Shown piece after piece: positions 47,526-61,491 of a stretch of 64,000 nucleotides of DNA. The notes under the pieces are model-generated. The model did not search any database and was not told where the DNA came from. It saw only the letters and a program-made list of their open reading frames with translations. The DNA comes from the human T2T-CHM13v2.0 reference genome, Homo sapiens: the NCBI RefSeq assembly GCF_009914755.1, contig NC_060940.1. One strand, 5' to 3'. Position 1 is the first letter of the stretch, and the number at the start of each line of letters is the position of its first letter. The translations under genes and the position numbers were made by a program.

Positions 47526-50500
47526 ATGGACGTGTTCCAGGAGGGTCTGGCTATGGTGGTGCAGGACCCGCTGCTCTGCGATCTGCCGATCCAGGTGTGT
47601 GCGGGCGGGGGCTGGGGGCGCGGGAGTCGTTCCCCGGGGTCCGGGCATCCGGGCGCCGGCAGCCTCCGAAGGTGCTGGTGGGAGACTGCGGCCCAAGGCT
47701 GAGGAAGGCGCCTCTGGGCGTAAACGAGGGTTTTAACCTTGACCGGGCGCACTCGCCTGGGGCGCGAAGCTTAAAGAGGAACCAAAAACCTCATTAGTGA
47801 GTGACATCAAATGACATTTTAATGTAATTGTATTTAGGGGGCTCGGGGGACAGGGTCTTGCTGCGTTGCCCGGGCTGGAGTGCAGCGGCGTCCTCCCACC
47901 TCAGCCTCCCGAGTAATTGGGACCACAGGTGCGCGCTACCACACCCGGCTAATTTTTAAATATTTTGTACAGAGGGAGTCTCACTATGTTGCCCAGGCTG
48001 ATCTGAAACTCCTGGGCTCAGGCGATCCTCCTGCCTCGGCCTCCCAAAATGCTGGGATTTAGGTGTGAGCCACCCGCCTGGCCTGTAATACCTTTAAAAG
48101 TCAAAGTTGAGGCAAAAAAAGAGCCTACGGTAAAAGAAAAATTTAGTTTTAAATAAGAGCAAGATTAGTAGTACTGATTGTTCCATTTGCCTCAAGCGTC
48201 AATCATGTGTCAAAGCGTCAGTATCATGCTTTGGGACGATACTGTCTTTTTATTTATTTATTTATTTATTTGAGACTGAGTCTTGGTCCGTTGCCAGGCT
48301 GGAGTGTAGTGGTGCCATCTCGACTCACTGCAACCTCCCCCTCCCGGGTTCACTACAGGCACGCGCCACCACGCCCGGCTAATTTTTTGTATTTTTAGTA
48401 GAGACGGGGTTTCACCATGTTGGGCCAGGATGGTCTTGATCTCCTGACCTCATGATCCGCCCGCCTCGGCCTCCCAAAGTGCTGGGATTACAGGCGTGAG
48501 CCACCGCGCCCGGCCAATTTTAAATGTTTTATATTTTGCTCATCATGGATATTTTAATTGCCTTGTATTTCTTAAATGTTGTATTAAAATATTTATTGTT
48601 ATTACCGTGTTTTGCTGCCCCGGTAAATTTTGCACACCTGCCTTACTCAGTCCCGAAGCCTGGCCTGGGTCCTGATGATCAGGGATATACTCAGCGTGAA
48701 CTGACAGGCCTCTACCCACCCCTGGGGGCAGGTCCTCATGTGAGTTTATTCTCTTGCCTGTTTCTTAGCACCTCTTTCCCCCAGAGACTCTGTCCACTAT
48801 GGACATTAAAATGTGAGTGGAACATGAGATTGGGGCTCTGATGAATTGGGAAACCGTAACATACAGGCAACCACCCTTCCTTGCCCTTCGTAAAATGGAG
48901 CACCACTTTTTGGCCACTATCGGCTTGTTCTTTGTTGTTGCTCAAGGTGGTAAAGAGAGCCAGGGTTCCCACTTCTGCCTTTGGTCTTTTGTAGGTTACT
49001 CTGGAAGAAGTCAACTCCCAAATAGCCCTAGAATACGGCCAGGCAATGACGGTCCGAGTGTGCAAGATGGATGGAGAAGTAATGCGTAAGTGCTACCCTC
49101 CTCCCTTCAGGTTATGTGGTCCAGGCTTTCACAGCAGGAAGACCTAACAGTGCTGGTCAGCCTGCTCAGAAACTCACAGGCCATGCCCAGGGGTACTGGG
49201 GCAACCACAAACCTGCCCTGTGCACAGAGGTGTTGGTTCCTTTCCTGCCATCGGAGGCTGTGGCTTTGGGTTCTCACCATGGATCTTCTCCCATCTGTGT
49301 CCGTGGTTGCAGCCGTGGTTGTAGTGCAGAGTGCCACAGTCCTGGACCTGAAGAAGGCCATCCAGAGATACGTGCAGCTCAAGCAGGAGCGTGAAGGGGG
49401 CATTCAGCACATCAGCTGGTAAGTGGAACAACATTCCCTTCATTATAGCCCTTCGTGGGGCTAGTGCCCTTCTTGGCACTGTCACCAGGCACCACCTGGA
49501 AACAGCTCTCAGCTCTGCATGAGTACAGCACCACTGAAGTGATGAGCTCCCTGTCACAAGAGTGATGAGCTCCCTGTCACAGACAGTGCGGGTCGTTCTG
49601 TGCCTGGGACTCCTGCCTCGGCCATCCCCAACATTCTGCTCTTCCATCGGCATCACCCCATCCGAGCTGCTGGGTATCTTCACTTGGGGACACTGTCGGG
49701 AATTTCCAGTGTGTCTGGAAGTGGCCTCCCTAGTTTTGGATGGTACACCTGTAGGGGCTCCCATCCCCTTCTCACCTGGGTGCTGTCAGCCCTCACTCTC
49801 CTATTGGATCAACTATCCTGTTCACTGAGTCTCAACACTGTCGCCTGTTGCATTAGCAAGGTTTGTTTGGCCAAGCCGCCCCAGACAGCCCTCTGAGAAC
49901 AGAGCCTCCTTGTAGCTGCCTCAGACCCAATCTGCACATTGTACAGAACAGCCCAGGTAGGGAGGACAGCTGCCCCAGGTCCCATAGGACTGCATGCCTC
50001 AAGCCCACGTCATGCAGAGCCACTCAGCTCACCCTGCTCAGGGCACGTGGTTTACCTGCATTCCCCTCTTGCAGGTCCTACGTGTGGAGGACGTACCATC
50101 TGACCTCTGCAGGAGAGAAACTCACGGAAGACAGAAAGAAGCTCCGAGAGTAAGTGCCGGCCACGTCCTGAGCCGTAGGGCACCGCTGTTCTGTTGCCCC
50201 TTAGTCCCCCATGCTCTGCCAGAGGGCTGCGGCTCCCTCTCCGGAGATAACACCCTCCTCCAAGGAGCTTCCTTGGGGCCCTCCCCACTAGGAGAATGGC
50301 AGGCAGAGGGCACCTGGAGGGGCCTTGCTGCTTCCCACCAGTGGCAGCTTAGGGCTACACAGTGCCAGGAGGGAGGAAATCAGAGTGGGCATGGAGGCGA
50401 AAGGCTGTGACTCTATCTGACACTCAGTTCCCTGCCCCGGGGACTTGTGAGTCGGAGTGCTTCTGGGTCTGTGAGAGGATGGCCACTGCCACTTCCTGGC

Positions 50501-50680
50501 CTTCCCAGAAGCCACACGCCTCCCCTCTGTTGTTTCTTCGTGGTCCTCCACAGCCTCAGGAGGGGAGTCACAGATATGTCCTTCTGTAGGGCAGGTGCTT
50601 TATGCCTTTCCTTCTTTTTCAGCTACGGCATCCGGAATCGAGACGAGGTTTCCTTCATCAAAAAGCTGAGGCAAAAGTGA
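47526..50680 (+). CDS. SNRNP25: U11/U12 snRNP 25 kDa protein (ubiquitin-like fold), 132 aa
   Basis: Coding exons 47526-47594, 48995-49085, 49313-49418, 50075-50149 and 50623-50680, total 399 nt ([28 protein letters not shown]...FIKKLRQK stop). AATAAA at 50961 and ~51177. Confidence 0.97.
47845..48515 (-). mobile_element. Two antisense Alus in SNRNP25 intron 1 (~47845-48083, ~48246-48515, both internally deleted)
   Basis: Alu consensus motifs. Confidence 0.85.
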
Positions 50681-51876
50681 GCCTCCAGACAGGACAACCC
50701 TCTTCATCACTGGTGGCTGAGCTTTTTCCCAGCAGGAATGGGTCCTCGAATCATCGTGCCTCTTTCACAGAAAGGACGTTGTGGTGGCCTCACCCCAGGC
50801 ATGCCCAACAGGAACTGTCAGCATAAACCTGGGGGCCCTCAGGACTAGGACAGGGTGAGCCAGTGCTCCCTCCTTTCATGTACTTGGCCTGAGACTGACC
50901 TCTCCCTAGGTCCAAATGCCCTAGTCACATGGCAGACCCACGGCCTGGCCCACTGTATAAAATAAACCTGTTTGCTTCTTAGTTTGAAAAGTAGAAAGCC
51001 ACAGTAACCTGGGTAGCAAAGACTGAGATTGCCCCATCACAGAGGTGAGTTAAGGGGAGAGAATTGGTACAGGCGAGTCCTATAGTCCAAGATGGCGCCA
51101 CACCACCAAAGCCTTGAGGCCACACCACTCCCCAAACCACACAACTGTGTTACCATGATCTCCACAGCAAGGAGGAAATAAAAGCAGAGCGGCTTTAGGG
51201 TTTGCATCCTGGAGCTCACAGTGGCAGCAAGCATAGCACAGCTGTGTGTGGGCCCTCCAGCCTCAGCCTTTAGGGTTCCCTGCAGCAGGTTCGGTGGACA
51301 GGGAGGGAGTGTGGGGTGGAAATTGGAGCTGCTAAGGGTGGGGGCGGGGTGCTTCCCAGCATGTGGGGAGGGTATGACAGTACATCCCTAGGTCCCTGTC
51401 CCAGCGTCGGCTACCAGCCACTCTAAGAAAGAGCAAGGTGCACGTGCCTGGCTGAAGGATTTCACTGGGAAGTGAAAGAGCCCGTGACTGTATCTGACAC
51501 TCAGTTCCCTGCCCGGGTGAGTCAGCCACAAGGGGCCTGCAGGACCTCCCTCCACAGCTTCCAGCCAGAAACAAAGAAGGATAGGGAAGCCCTGGTCAAG
51601 TTAATGGCAGCTAAAACGCTCCCAGTCCATTTATTGGCCACATGAGGTGGTCGTCAAGAAACAAGTTAGAAGGTTATGACAGGAAGTAGTATAATAAATG
51701 CCCGGCAGTACGAGGGGTTCAACAGAAGTGAACAAGGCACAAGAAAGAGGTCTGTGTTCAGGAAACAGGCCAGTCCCCACATGGAGCAGGTGACTCCTGT
51801 AAGCCTGTGAGGCTCAGGGAGGTCGTGTCTGGCTCTGGCCTGCTGGAGCACACGGCCGCTGGAGCCCGCAGCCAGC

Positions 51877-54800
51877 TCAGTGGAGCTGAGCGTCCAGTTC
51901 GTACTTCTCACAGAACTTGTCAGTGAAGGGGATGCAGGTGAGGAACTCACACCACTCACAGCGGACAGGATAGACGTAGAAGAGGACCACCAGGCCAGCC
52001 AGGAGGCCCAGGAAGACCACCTGAAAGATGATGATCTGGCAGCGTTTCCGGTACAGGTCGAACTTGCCAAAGCTGATGTAGGGCAAGAAGGCGAAGGAGA
52101 GGAAGAGGCCACTGATGAACCCCGAGATGTGGGCAAAGTTGTCAATCCACGGCAGCAGCCCAAAGGTGAAGAGGAAGAGCACCACAGCCAGCAGCTTGAA
52201 GAAGGCACGCCAGGGCCGCGCCAGGATCTGCCAGCTCTGGAAGAGCTCCACGAAGAGGCAGGCCAGGATGCCGAACTGGGAGCCAGCAGGACCCACCTGG
52301 GGGATGGTTGGGGTAGCTGTAAGGCAGTGGGGCTGGGCAGGCCCCCTGGACCCAAGGCCTCATCTTTCTGCCCCACTTCCCATGGCCCAGAGCATATTGG
52401 GACCGAGGATCCAACTGGAGATGCTCCCAGACTCAGTGCTCGATATGGACAGGTTCACAGCAGGCTGCAGGTGCACACGGGAGGATCCCCACCCTGAGGG
52501 CCAGCCTTACCTCTGCTCGGTATGGCAGGAAGATGGCACTGGCCAGGTTGCCGGTGACACCACTCAGCAGGTAGATGATGGCTATGCGGTGCCAGCCTGC
52601 CAGCTTCTCCAGGTCCCGCAGGACAGTCATCTGGAAGCAGATGGACACCAGGCAGTGCAAGATCCTGTAGTCAGTAGCAGGCGGGGGTCGGGAGACATTC
52701 AGCAGGGAAGTGACCTTTCTGCCACCCCCAGCCAGCCAATCCTGAGGGCCCTGAGACCCCCGACCCGGCCCACAGTGTCACTTGCCCGGCGTGCAGGAAG
52801 AGGGATAGCCACAGGCGGTAGAACTGGTCAGGCACCTCGGGGTTGAGAAAAGGCAGGAGCCCACACACATCATCCATGCAGTGCACCTGCGCAGAGCAGC
52901 ATATCAGCATCACAGTAGCTGGGGGAGGGGAACGACGGACACTCTGCAGACCTACCTGAGAGCAGAGCGTGGCCTCCTCATGGAAGTAGCCCCTCATGAA
53001 GTCACAGTACTCCCGGGAGGTGATCTCACACCTAGAAAGGCAGGCCAGGGTTCGGAGACTGCTGCCTTGCAGAGGGGGATTGCTGGCATCCAGGGCGAGT
53101 TTCAGCCGCACCTACCCACCTTTGTTGGCCCCAAGGAAGTCCAGACCCCCTCTAACCCCACATCCTTGGTATACTGGCTTATTTCAGGATTTGGTTAGGG
53201 AGAAGGCACGCCCTAGGGCGATGCTCTGAGCCCAGAGACCAGCTGCACTCGCTGGCACGCACACGTACCTGCCCTTGGTGCCAATGCAGCAGGGCCGTCC
53301 TGTGATGACACAGTCCATGTGGGGATGGTTGGTGTGGTTCCCAGCGCTGTTTTTGGTGCAGATCTGGGTCACAAATGAGGACGAGCTGAGTCAGGGCCTC
53401 CCCCAACCTTTGGCCCCACACCACGTTTGGGGGTAGAGGCAAAGATGGGTGGGCTCATAAAGCAGAAAACGGTGTGGCTTCCTTGACTTCAAGCAGGCCA
53501 CCACACTGAGTCTCTATCAAACTGGAATAATGTCACTTGACCTTTCAAGTCTCCATCTAGTTCTCTTGATCTACTTGCTCAGAGGGGCAGGCGCTGGTTG
53601 ATGGACAGGCTGTACAAAGGGCAGGTGCACAGCCTCTGAAAACGTGAGGTGGTCCCATGATGGGAATCTCTGGTATCACCAGTGGGTGGGGTGTGGCATT
53701 CTCCCCCACATGACACGGAGGGCTCCCTAACAACCCCCCCACTGCAGCTCACCGGCCACTTGGTGATGTCTTCTGGCCACTCATGAGGGTCTTCGGAGGA
53801 GGGCTCATCACACACCCTGCATGAGCCAAGTATGTGGTCAGACCGGCTTCGAGCCCCTAGCATTGGCACCCTTCCAGCCAAGTCGCCAACAAGAGGAGCC
53901 CCTACACCCTCTGCACCACAGCCCCCGGGGAAGGTGTGGACAAAGGCAGGTGAGAGAGCTGCCGGCAGGACTAACCTGGGATCCTGGTGGCAGACAGAGC
54001 CAAACTGTCTCTTGTGGCCCGCAAGCTCTGGGGCGCTGGGATGGATGGGCCACTTCACCCACACTGCCAGCGTGGACTGTGGGAGGGGGACACAGGGTCA
54101 GGTCCAGTTGGGTCAGGGCAATGAGGGGCACGCAGGGAGTCAGGAGTCGAAGGCAAAACCACTGAGCTCTTCCCTCCGCTTCTACAAGTCACCCCCACTC
54201 TTGAGATGCACGTGCATGTTGGAAAAGACTCTTACAAGGAGTTTGACGGCATAATTCCTGTTAGCTGAAAATCAGAAACAACCTCTGTGTCCTAAATCAG
54301 GGAACTGGTATGGACTACGGCACTTCCACATAAGATGATGTGATGAAAGTTGGGATGAATTTTTTTAAAAATTGCTTAGTGGAAAAGAGGCAAATACCAC
54401 TTATGTAAGCTTTAAGACACATGCTGGAAGAGTACACCCAAATCAAAAGACCAAATCAGATGACGGTCTACGGGGCGAGGAGCTGGAGATGGGGGAGGGT
54501 GGGGATGAGGAGGAATGAATATGACAAGGCCTTGCGCGTAAGGACGGCGGGATGTGCCAGGAACGAGGGCGAAGGATCACTCTGCCGAGTCTATCTGAGG
54601 TCTGAAGAGCGAACACCGGGCAGACGAAGGCGGGAGTCCCGGGCGGGGAAACGCACCGAGCACTCCTCCTCCGAGGTCTGCACGCAGCCCGACCTGTCGT
54701 TGCGCACGCAGCAGGCGGAGTGCTTCTCGCGCTCGCGCGCCGAGCGAATGAAGCTGTGCACCTGCGGGTCCTGGCGCATGCAGGGCGAAAACTTGGCGCC

Positions 54801-57800
54801 CAGGTGGATGAGGGCCTCCTGCGGGCGAGGGAGACGAGCGGCCGCAGTCCGGGGCCTCCTGCCCCCGCCGGGCACCTCCAGGTCCCGCCCCCGCCGGCCC
54901 CGCCCCCAGCCCCGTCCTCACCGAGCTGGGCCCGATCCAGAAGTTCTCCTGCTGCACGTACTTGACGTTCTCGTAGACCCCGCGGTTCCGCAGCACCTGG
55001 GAGGTTGGGGAGCGGGATCAGACGGGCCCCGACTCTGGCCCTCTCCTCCCAGAGCGGGTCGGGAGGGGGTCCAGTGCCCGGACTCCACTCGTCTGGGCCC
55101 AGGGAAGGCACAGGGGCTCACCGAGTCCACCGTCTCATGCTGCGAGAAGCCCACGGGCGCGATGCCATAGATGCACACGGCTAGGATGGTGACGAGCGAG
55201 TGCACGAAGGTAAGCCAGTAGGTGAAGAAGGGCCTGCGGGGTGGAGCGTCAGCGGGGGCCTCATCCCCGACCCGGAGCCCCCACCCTCCCCCGGGAGCCT
55301 CCATCCCAACCCAGGCCTTGCCTGCCACGCCTACCTGTGGTCGTCCATGTCCTCGATCTGGCGCTTGACGAAGCTGTCGATGCGCTTGCGGTAGGTGCGG
55401 TTGGTGAGCCGTCCCACCATGCCCAGCCCATACGGCCGCTTCTCCCGGGCGAAGAGCTTGCGCACCGGCACCGCGATACGCTGGCCCCGTCGCGGCCCCG
55501 CGGTGCTCACCACCTCCTGTCGGAGCCGCACCTTGGGCTGCGGGGCTGCGGCGCCCTCCTTCTGCTTCCGCCAGCCTCGCTCCAAGGGCCTGGAGGGAGC
55601 CGGCATTCACCTCCCGCCCCAGCCCCGCAAACTGCTGCAGTCCCTCCCCGGGGGGCACCAGGGCACCCTGTCTCTATCCTGGCGAATATGCTGCGCAAGT
55701 CGCCCGGCATCTGCCTTCTCCTTGCCAGTAAAAAAGCAACACTGCGGGCCTCCGGGGATGGCAGGGAGCTGGAACGGGGACACACTGACTTCTGCAACTC
55801 AGCAAGTATCACCTCTGTCACCTCCGCCTCCCCGTTGGATTCTGCCCAGCCCCTGGGTTCTAAGATTGCTGTCCCATTCCACAGGCAAGCCATGAGACTG
55901 GGGCCATGCCCAGCCCTGCGTCTCCCACCCCTGGTGGCCCAGTGAGTAGTGAGTTCCCAGTCCCTGAGGCTACCCCTTCCATCGCCCACAGAGGTGAATG
56001 CCGATACTCGCCCAGCTGTTCCTGACGGGCCCCGGGGTCTCTCTCTGCCCCCCTTCCCTGCCTGCCGCACTCACAGCATCAGGTGGCTGCGCTCAAGCTC
56101 GCTGCGGTCCAGGGCCCCGCCGGTGAGGTCCGCCTGCTCCGGTGCCTTCTCCCAGTCCTTTAGCGCTGCCTCCGATGGGGACTCGAAAACTTCATCCGGG
56201 TATGTGGACAGCTCTTCATGGAGGATACCTTCCTGAGCAAACACATGAGGTCAGGGTGGACACAGGCAGGAAGGGAACGTGGGGTGGGGGGACACCCCGG
56301 GCACTTCTTACCCGGGCAAAGAAGGATGTGTCCAGCTCATCGGGGAAATCAGTTGTGTCCTCCTCCAGAAAGCTAGCTGGAGTGAAGCTTCGACGCTGTG
56401 CCCGGCGAAAGGTGCCATCCCTAACGGAGCGGCCCTGGGGACGGGGAAGTGAGCATGAGACCCGGCTGCTGGGTCGGCCCCCAACCCCGCCTTTGGCCCC
56501 TGCACCCACTTTCATCAGCGCTGCGGCCGCCCGGAAGCTCATCTTGGCCACCGACTCTCGCTTGCGCCGCCGCGGGAGCCGGTGGAAACCTGAGCGGGAG
56601 CTGGAGAAGGAGCAGAGGGAGGCAGCACCCGGCGTGACGGGAGTGTGTGGGGCACTCAGGCCTTCCGCAGTGTCATCTGCCACACGGAAGGCACGGCCAC
56701 GGGCCAGGGGGTCTATGATCTGGAGGAGGGGAGGAGATGCTGGAGTCAGGACCATGGGGGCTCCTAGCTCACCCAGAGGCACAGAGGCCTTGCAAAGACA
56801 GCGTGACTGCTGCTCCTGACTCCTCACGGGCCCCTGGACAGCTCTATGGCCACCACTCCCACCCCACAGCACCTAGAGGTCCTGCCTGGAATGCTCTCCC
56901 ATCCAGACACTGGCCCCCTGGTGCAATCCCAAGACCATGTCCCCATCCCAAGGTACCCCTTCCCAGAGACTGTTTCAGGTGCCTTCACGAGCAGGCTGTC
57001 TGACTGCCCTTCCAGACTGTGAGCTCCCAGACAGTCCCTTCTGCTCAGGCTGGCTGTGTCCGCAGCCCCAGCCCCTGAGAGCGGAAGGAGGGGCCTGCAG
57101 GAGGCAGCAACAGGCAGGCATACCTTCTGCATGCCCAGCTGGCATGGCCCCACGTAGAGTGGGGGTGGCGTCTCGGTGCTGGTCAGCGACACGTTGTCCT
57201 GGCTGGGCAGGTCCAGCTCCCGGAGGACCTGGGGCTTCAGCTTCCCGTAGCGCTGGCTGCAGTGACGGATGCTCTTGCGCTGCCATTTCTGGGTGCTGTC
57301 ACTGTCCTTGCTCACTCCAAACCAGTCGGCGGTCCCCCTGGCATGGCAGGGACTCAGCAAGGGGCGGCCAGATCGCCCCTCCCAGGCAGGGGACTTCAAA
57401 GGCCCTCCTCCGGGGCAGCATGCCCTGCCCCAGGCCTGTAGTCACTCCAGGGACCAGGGTCTGAGTGGGCAAGGTCTAATAAGAGGATGAGTGGGTTCCA
57501 GCCACCCCCCGAACTGTTAGCCAACTCCAAGTTTCCACTAGACCGCAGCTGGCCTTGCCCGGTTGAGTGCTTCATAGAGGCCCTCACCCCACCATCCCTG
57601 AGGGGCAGTTGAGGGGAGGCACTGAGTCCAGAGAAGGAGCTGAGAGCTCAACCCGAGAGAGCTTGGCCCCAGGACACCACAGAGCTCAGACAGCAGGTGC
57701 TTACGGGCCCAGGCAGGCTGTCCACAGCACTTGGACATGCAAACAAAAACACTGCCAGCACCTGCCGTTAGGAGCCCCAGGGAATGCCAACCACACTGGC

Positions 57801-58553
57801 AGCTCCCAAGAGGTCACATGCCAAGCACATGCCAGAAAACACCAACACACTCATGACCTGTATGAGATACCTGAGCAGGGACCAAGAGAGAGACTGGCGC
57901 TGTGGGAAGGCCCTGCGGGCAGCCCGGGGACCCAAGAGGGGCAGAGTGTGGACACGCCCGAAGCGTACTTGTCGGCTGCTAAGAGGCAAGAGCATCCGGG
58001 CGGTGGAGACAGAGAAGGAGAGAGTGAGTGCTGAAGAGAAGGGAGTGGAGCAGGGTAGTGGGGTGAGAGCGGTCGGTATCCAGAACAGGAGGAGGGCAAG
58101 GGGATGGTGGGGACCGAGATGGAGGAGGAAGCTGAAACAAGAGGGCCCTTGTTCTCATTTCCATCCTCTGTGTACCTGCCTCTGCCCCACCAGCCCCCAG
58201 CTCCCACCCCATGGAGCAGCTGGGCGGTGTTGGTACCTGCGGATGGTCTGTGTGATGGACGTCTGGCGTTGCAGCACCGGCCGCCGGAGCTCATGGTGGG
58301 GTGAAGAGATGTGGGCTGTCTCGGCTGGCATACTCACACTCCTCAGGAAAGCCTGTCGCCTCAGGGGCTGGGCAACAGGGTCATGGTGAGGGTACTGGAC
58401 AGGGGGCACCCACAGTCCCTGCAGGCCAGGGCCTACCTGCAGGAAGCTGGGCTCTTCTGCCGTCAGGGGCACCGCAGAGGGAATGTCCAGCTTTAGCCAG
58501 GGTGGCTTCTTGCGCTGCAGGCTGCTCGTGCTGTCCCTGCGGGCCTCACTCAT
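51877..58553 (-). CDS. RHBDF1: Inactive rhomboid protein 1 (iRhom1), 855 aa
   Basis: 17 coding exons: 58437-58553, 58237-58367, 57124-57337, 56510-56719, 56312-56434, 56075-56232, 55335-55589, 55122-55233, 54922-54996, 54657-54818, 53976-54076, 53753-53816, 53269-53363, 52956-53031, 52786-52886, 52511-52664, 51877-52296, total 2568 nt ([25 protein letters not shown]...VGPAGSQFG...ELDAQLH stop). AATAAA on minus at 51630-51635. The first coding exon has an acceptor at 58578, so exon 1 lies upstream. Confidence 0.98.
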
Positions 58554-61491
58554 GGTTCCTGGCAGAGCAAGGCAGGCCTGTGGGGCATGGTGTGTTATTC
58601 AATAATGACAACGCTGACATCTGAAGATTCATTGCACCCAGACCCGGGAGGAGGGAGAAGCAGTGATGAGCCCAACCGTGGTGCTCATGTCCCCCACTGT
58701 CAGAGCACTACTGTGTGCTCAGCACCGACTTTCTCTGTGCCTGCCTTGTTCATCCCAGCAGACAGTGCTGGGCACAGCCTAGGTCCTCAGACAACATAAG
58801 TCCATGGGACAACTATCTGAGCACACACTATGGTCAGGATACTGCTCTAGGTGCTTGAGGCACATTGGTGGAGAAACGAGACAAAATCCCTGCCCTCCTG
58901 GAGCTTACAGTCTAGACAATATTTTTAAATGAGTGAATGTACTGGTTAAAAGATGCTAAGTATGATGGGAGCGGGGGAAGCAAACTAGGGTTGCTTGACA
59001 GGAGGCAGTGAGGCCTCCCCATGAAGTAACAGCTGAGCAAAGGCTTGAAGGAGGGGAGTGAGCACAGCTGGGGTTGCAGGGGTTTCCACACACAGGGGAC
59101 AGCCGATCTGAGGTCTCAGTGACAGGAGGCTCACCCTAGTCTGTGCCCAGGGCAAATCTCACACCTGTCTTACCAGGCCTCACCCTCTTACCCACCAAGA
59201 CTTCCACTCCAGGGACAAAGGGCCCACTATGCACATGACAGCCTGCAAGAGGTGTGTGATCGGTCCAGTGCATAGAGTCACCACATTCAGGAAAGAGGGT
59301 GACACAGCAGCAGCTAGTGGCCCCAGGCTCCTGGGCACAAATGACTTTCCAGAAACTACCCGGGCGCAGACACCGTAGTGACCACCAGGTGACGCCACGC
59401 GCCCAGAAACAGCAGTGAGGCGGCTCGGTGCCGGGGCTGCGGGGCATTGCAAGCTTGGCTCTACCATGACATGCCAGGCACGGGGCCAGGGCCCCACGGA
59501 AGGCCCCAGAGCAGATAGGCCAGGGTTCGATTCTGGCCACCACTGCCTGGCCATATGACTACGACTCCATTTCCCCCTTACACCTTCCTGGCAGACCTGC
59601 AGCTGTCCCCAACCCAGGGGGACCACACGGCGATTCCAGTGGAGACCCAGATTGAGAAGGGCCCCTGAGCATGACACGAGACAGATAGTGGGGGGCTGGC
59701 CAGAGCTGAAGCAATTTTGGACAGAAAACCCCAAATTCCTCAGCCTCTTTAAAGAGCTGCAGCCTCTGACAGGCTCGGAGCCGCTGGGTCGGCAACCCAC
59801 CCACCAAGGCCCCAGAAATGGCTTTCACTCACAGGTCTCCCTCCCAACTGCTTGGAGGAAAGCCCCACCTATGCTGTACAAATAGGGAAACTGAGGCCAG
59901 GAAACACAGGCTTGCCTCGCTCACGGTCATATATGGAGGGCAGCACAATTAGAGACAGCCCAGGGTGCTGCTCACAGCTCCTAATGGTCTTATGCCAGCC
60001 AGGGACAGGCCTGGGACAGAGCTCACGGCTCCTTCCGACCCTGTACTACCAGGGAAAGGCTGGGAATGCTGCTCACAGCCCCTACTGGTCCTACAGGGAC
60101 CAGAACAGACACAGGTGGGAGGGGGTACTTCAGGGATGCCTTCTGCTGGCTCTTACCCCACCCCTCACGCTCCAGCCCCTTATCTGAGCTGACTGTGCAC
60201 TTCAGGTCCCAGGTGAGAGCTGGGGGGCAAAGCTTTGGGGCACTCCCCAGGCATGGTGCCCAGGGATCATTCCATCCACATGGCCCCCTAAGGCTGAGTT
60301 CCTGTCCCTGGCCCATACTTGGCCTGGAATCAGGGGCACGAGCCAAGGGCAGCAACTCCACATCACTGGGAAATCCCTCCAGGGCCCCTCACCCATGCAG
60401 AGCCCCAGAGTGCAACAGGGTCGGACAGAAAGGCATCCTAACTGAGAACTGGGTGGGTCAAGGTCCCTCTGGGAACTGCACCAGGAGACCCCTCTGCATC
60501 TGACTCGTGACCCAAACCCAGCCCAGACCTGCGTGTCCTGGATACGGCCCAGCCACAGCGTGAAGGGGTCACAGCTAGACTTCCTCATCGTCCCCCAGCC
60601 CTCCCTCCACAGGGTATATGGACTGCAGTACCATCACCCTGCTGGTAAGGAATAGCCAGGAGGGGCCACCTCTGAGTCTCAGACACTAAGGGTGGAATTT
60701 CAGACAGCATCAGACACGTTGGGAAGGCAGGTGGTGCTCGGCAAGGGGCTTCCGGAACCCACAGTGCTGGGACAGCATTCTGAGTACACTCCCAGCATGT
60801 TCTCACCCAGAAAATGGACGAATGCTCTTAGTGAGGCCATTATGGGGGCCAGAGAGGAGCAGGGCCCAGCGTAGAGACTGGGGCCACTGCCAGGAATCAG
60901 CAGGCTGAATCCAGGGGGCCAGCCTCTCCAGGAGTCTCCACCTGTGCCCAGCAGCACTAGGCGACATCCAGCTGGTTCTTCACTCAGGAGTGTGAGTGAC
61001 CTTTGCCAACAGAGACCGTTGCCAGCTGATGGGCTCACACACATCCATGACTTCCCTGGCTCCTGCTCTCCGCTGCTCCTCACACCTGACTCCCTCCCAT
61101 CTCAGAGCCCTGCAAATGCGCTCTGCCCACCCTCCCCTGTGTGGGAGGACCTGCAGCCTCAGGCTGCCCTACTACCCAAAGGCGGTCCTTGGCCTGGATC
61201 CCTGGGCACAGCACAAGGCAGGAGTTCATTCACATATGTATGGGCCACTGTCCTGTCACTGCTGCCTCCACAGTGCTCAGGACTGGCCTGCTCTGAAGCC
61301 ACCGCTGGGTAGGCACTGATCACTGAACAACGCAGGCCATCGGGGTCCCTAATCTGGGGTAACGGAGGATTCCTCAAGATGACCTCTCAGCTGGGTCTGG
61401 GAAGACGAGCTGCCTGGCATGAGCGGATGCAAGCAGGAACAGTCAGGGGGTGAGAAGAGCCGAGAGCTGTGAGCGTGTACGGGGAACCTGA

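Noticed and set aside
49538-49581. 21-bp tandem duplication AGTGATGAGCTCCCTGTCACA with a C-box-like RTGATGA
   Set aside because: No terminal stem or properly placed D box was seen to support a snoRNA; it is a simple local duplication.
51880-52846. Long plus-strand ORFs antisense to RHBDF1
   Set aside because: Shadow ORFs of GC-rich coding exons with no independent splice or start evidence.
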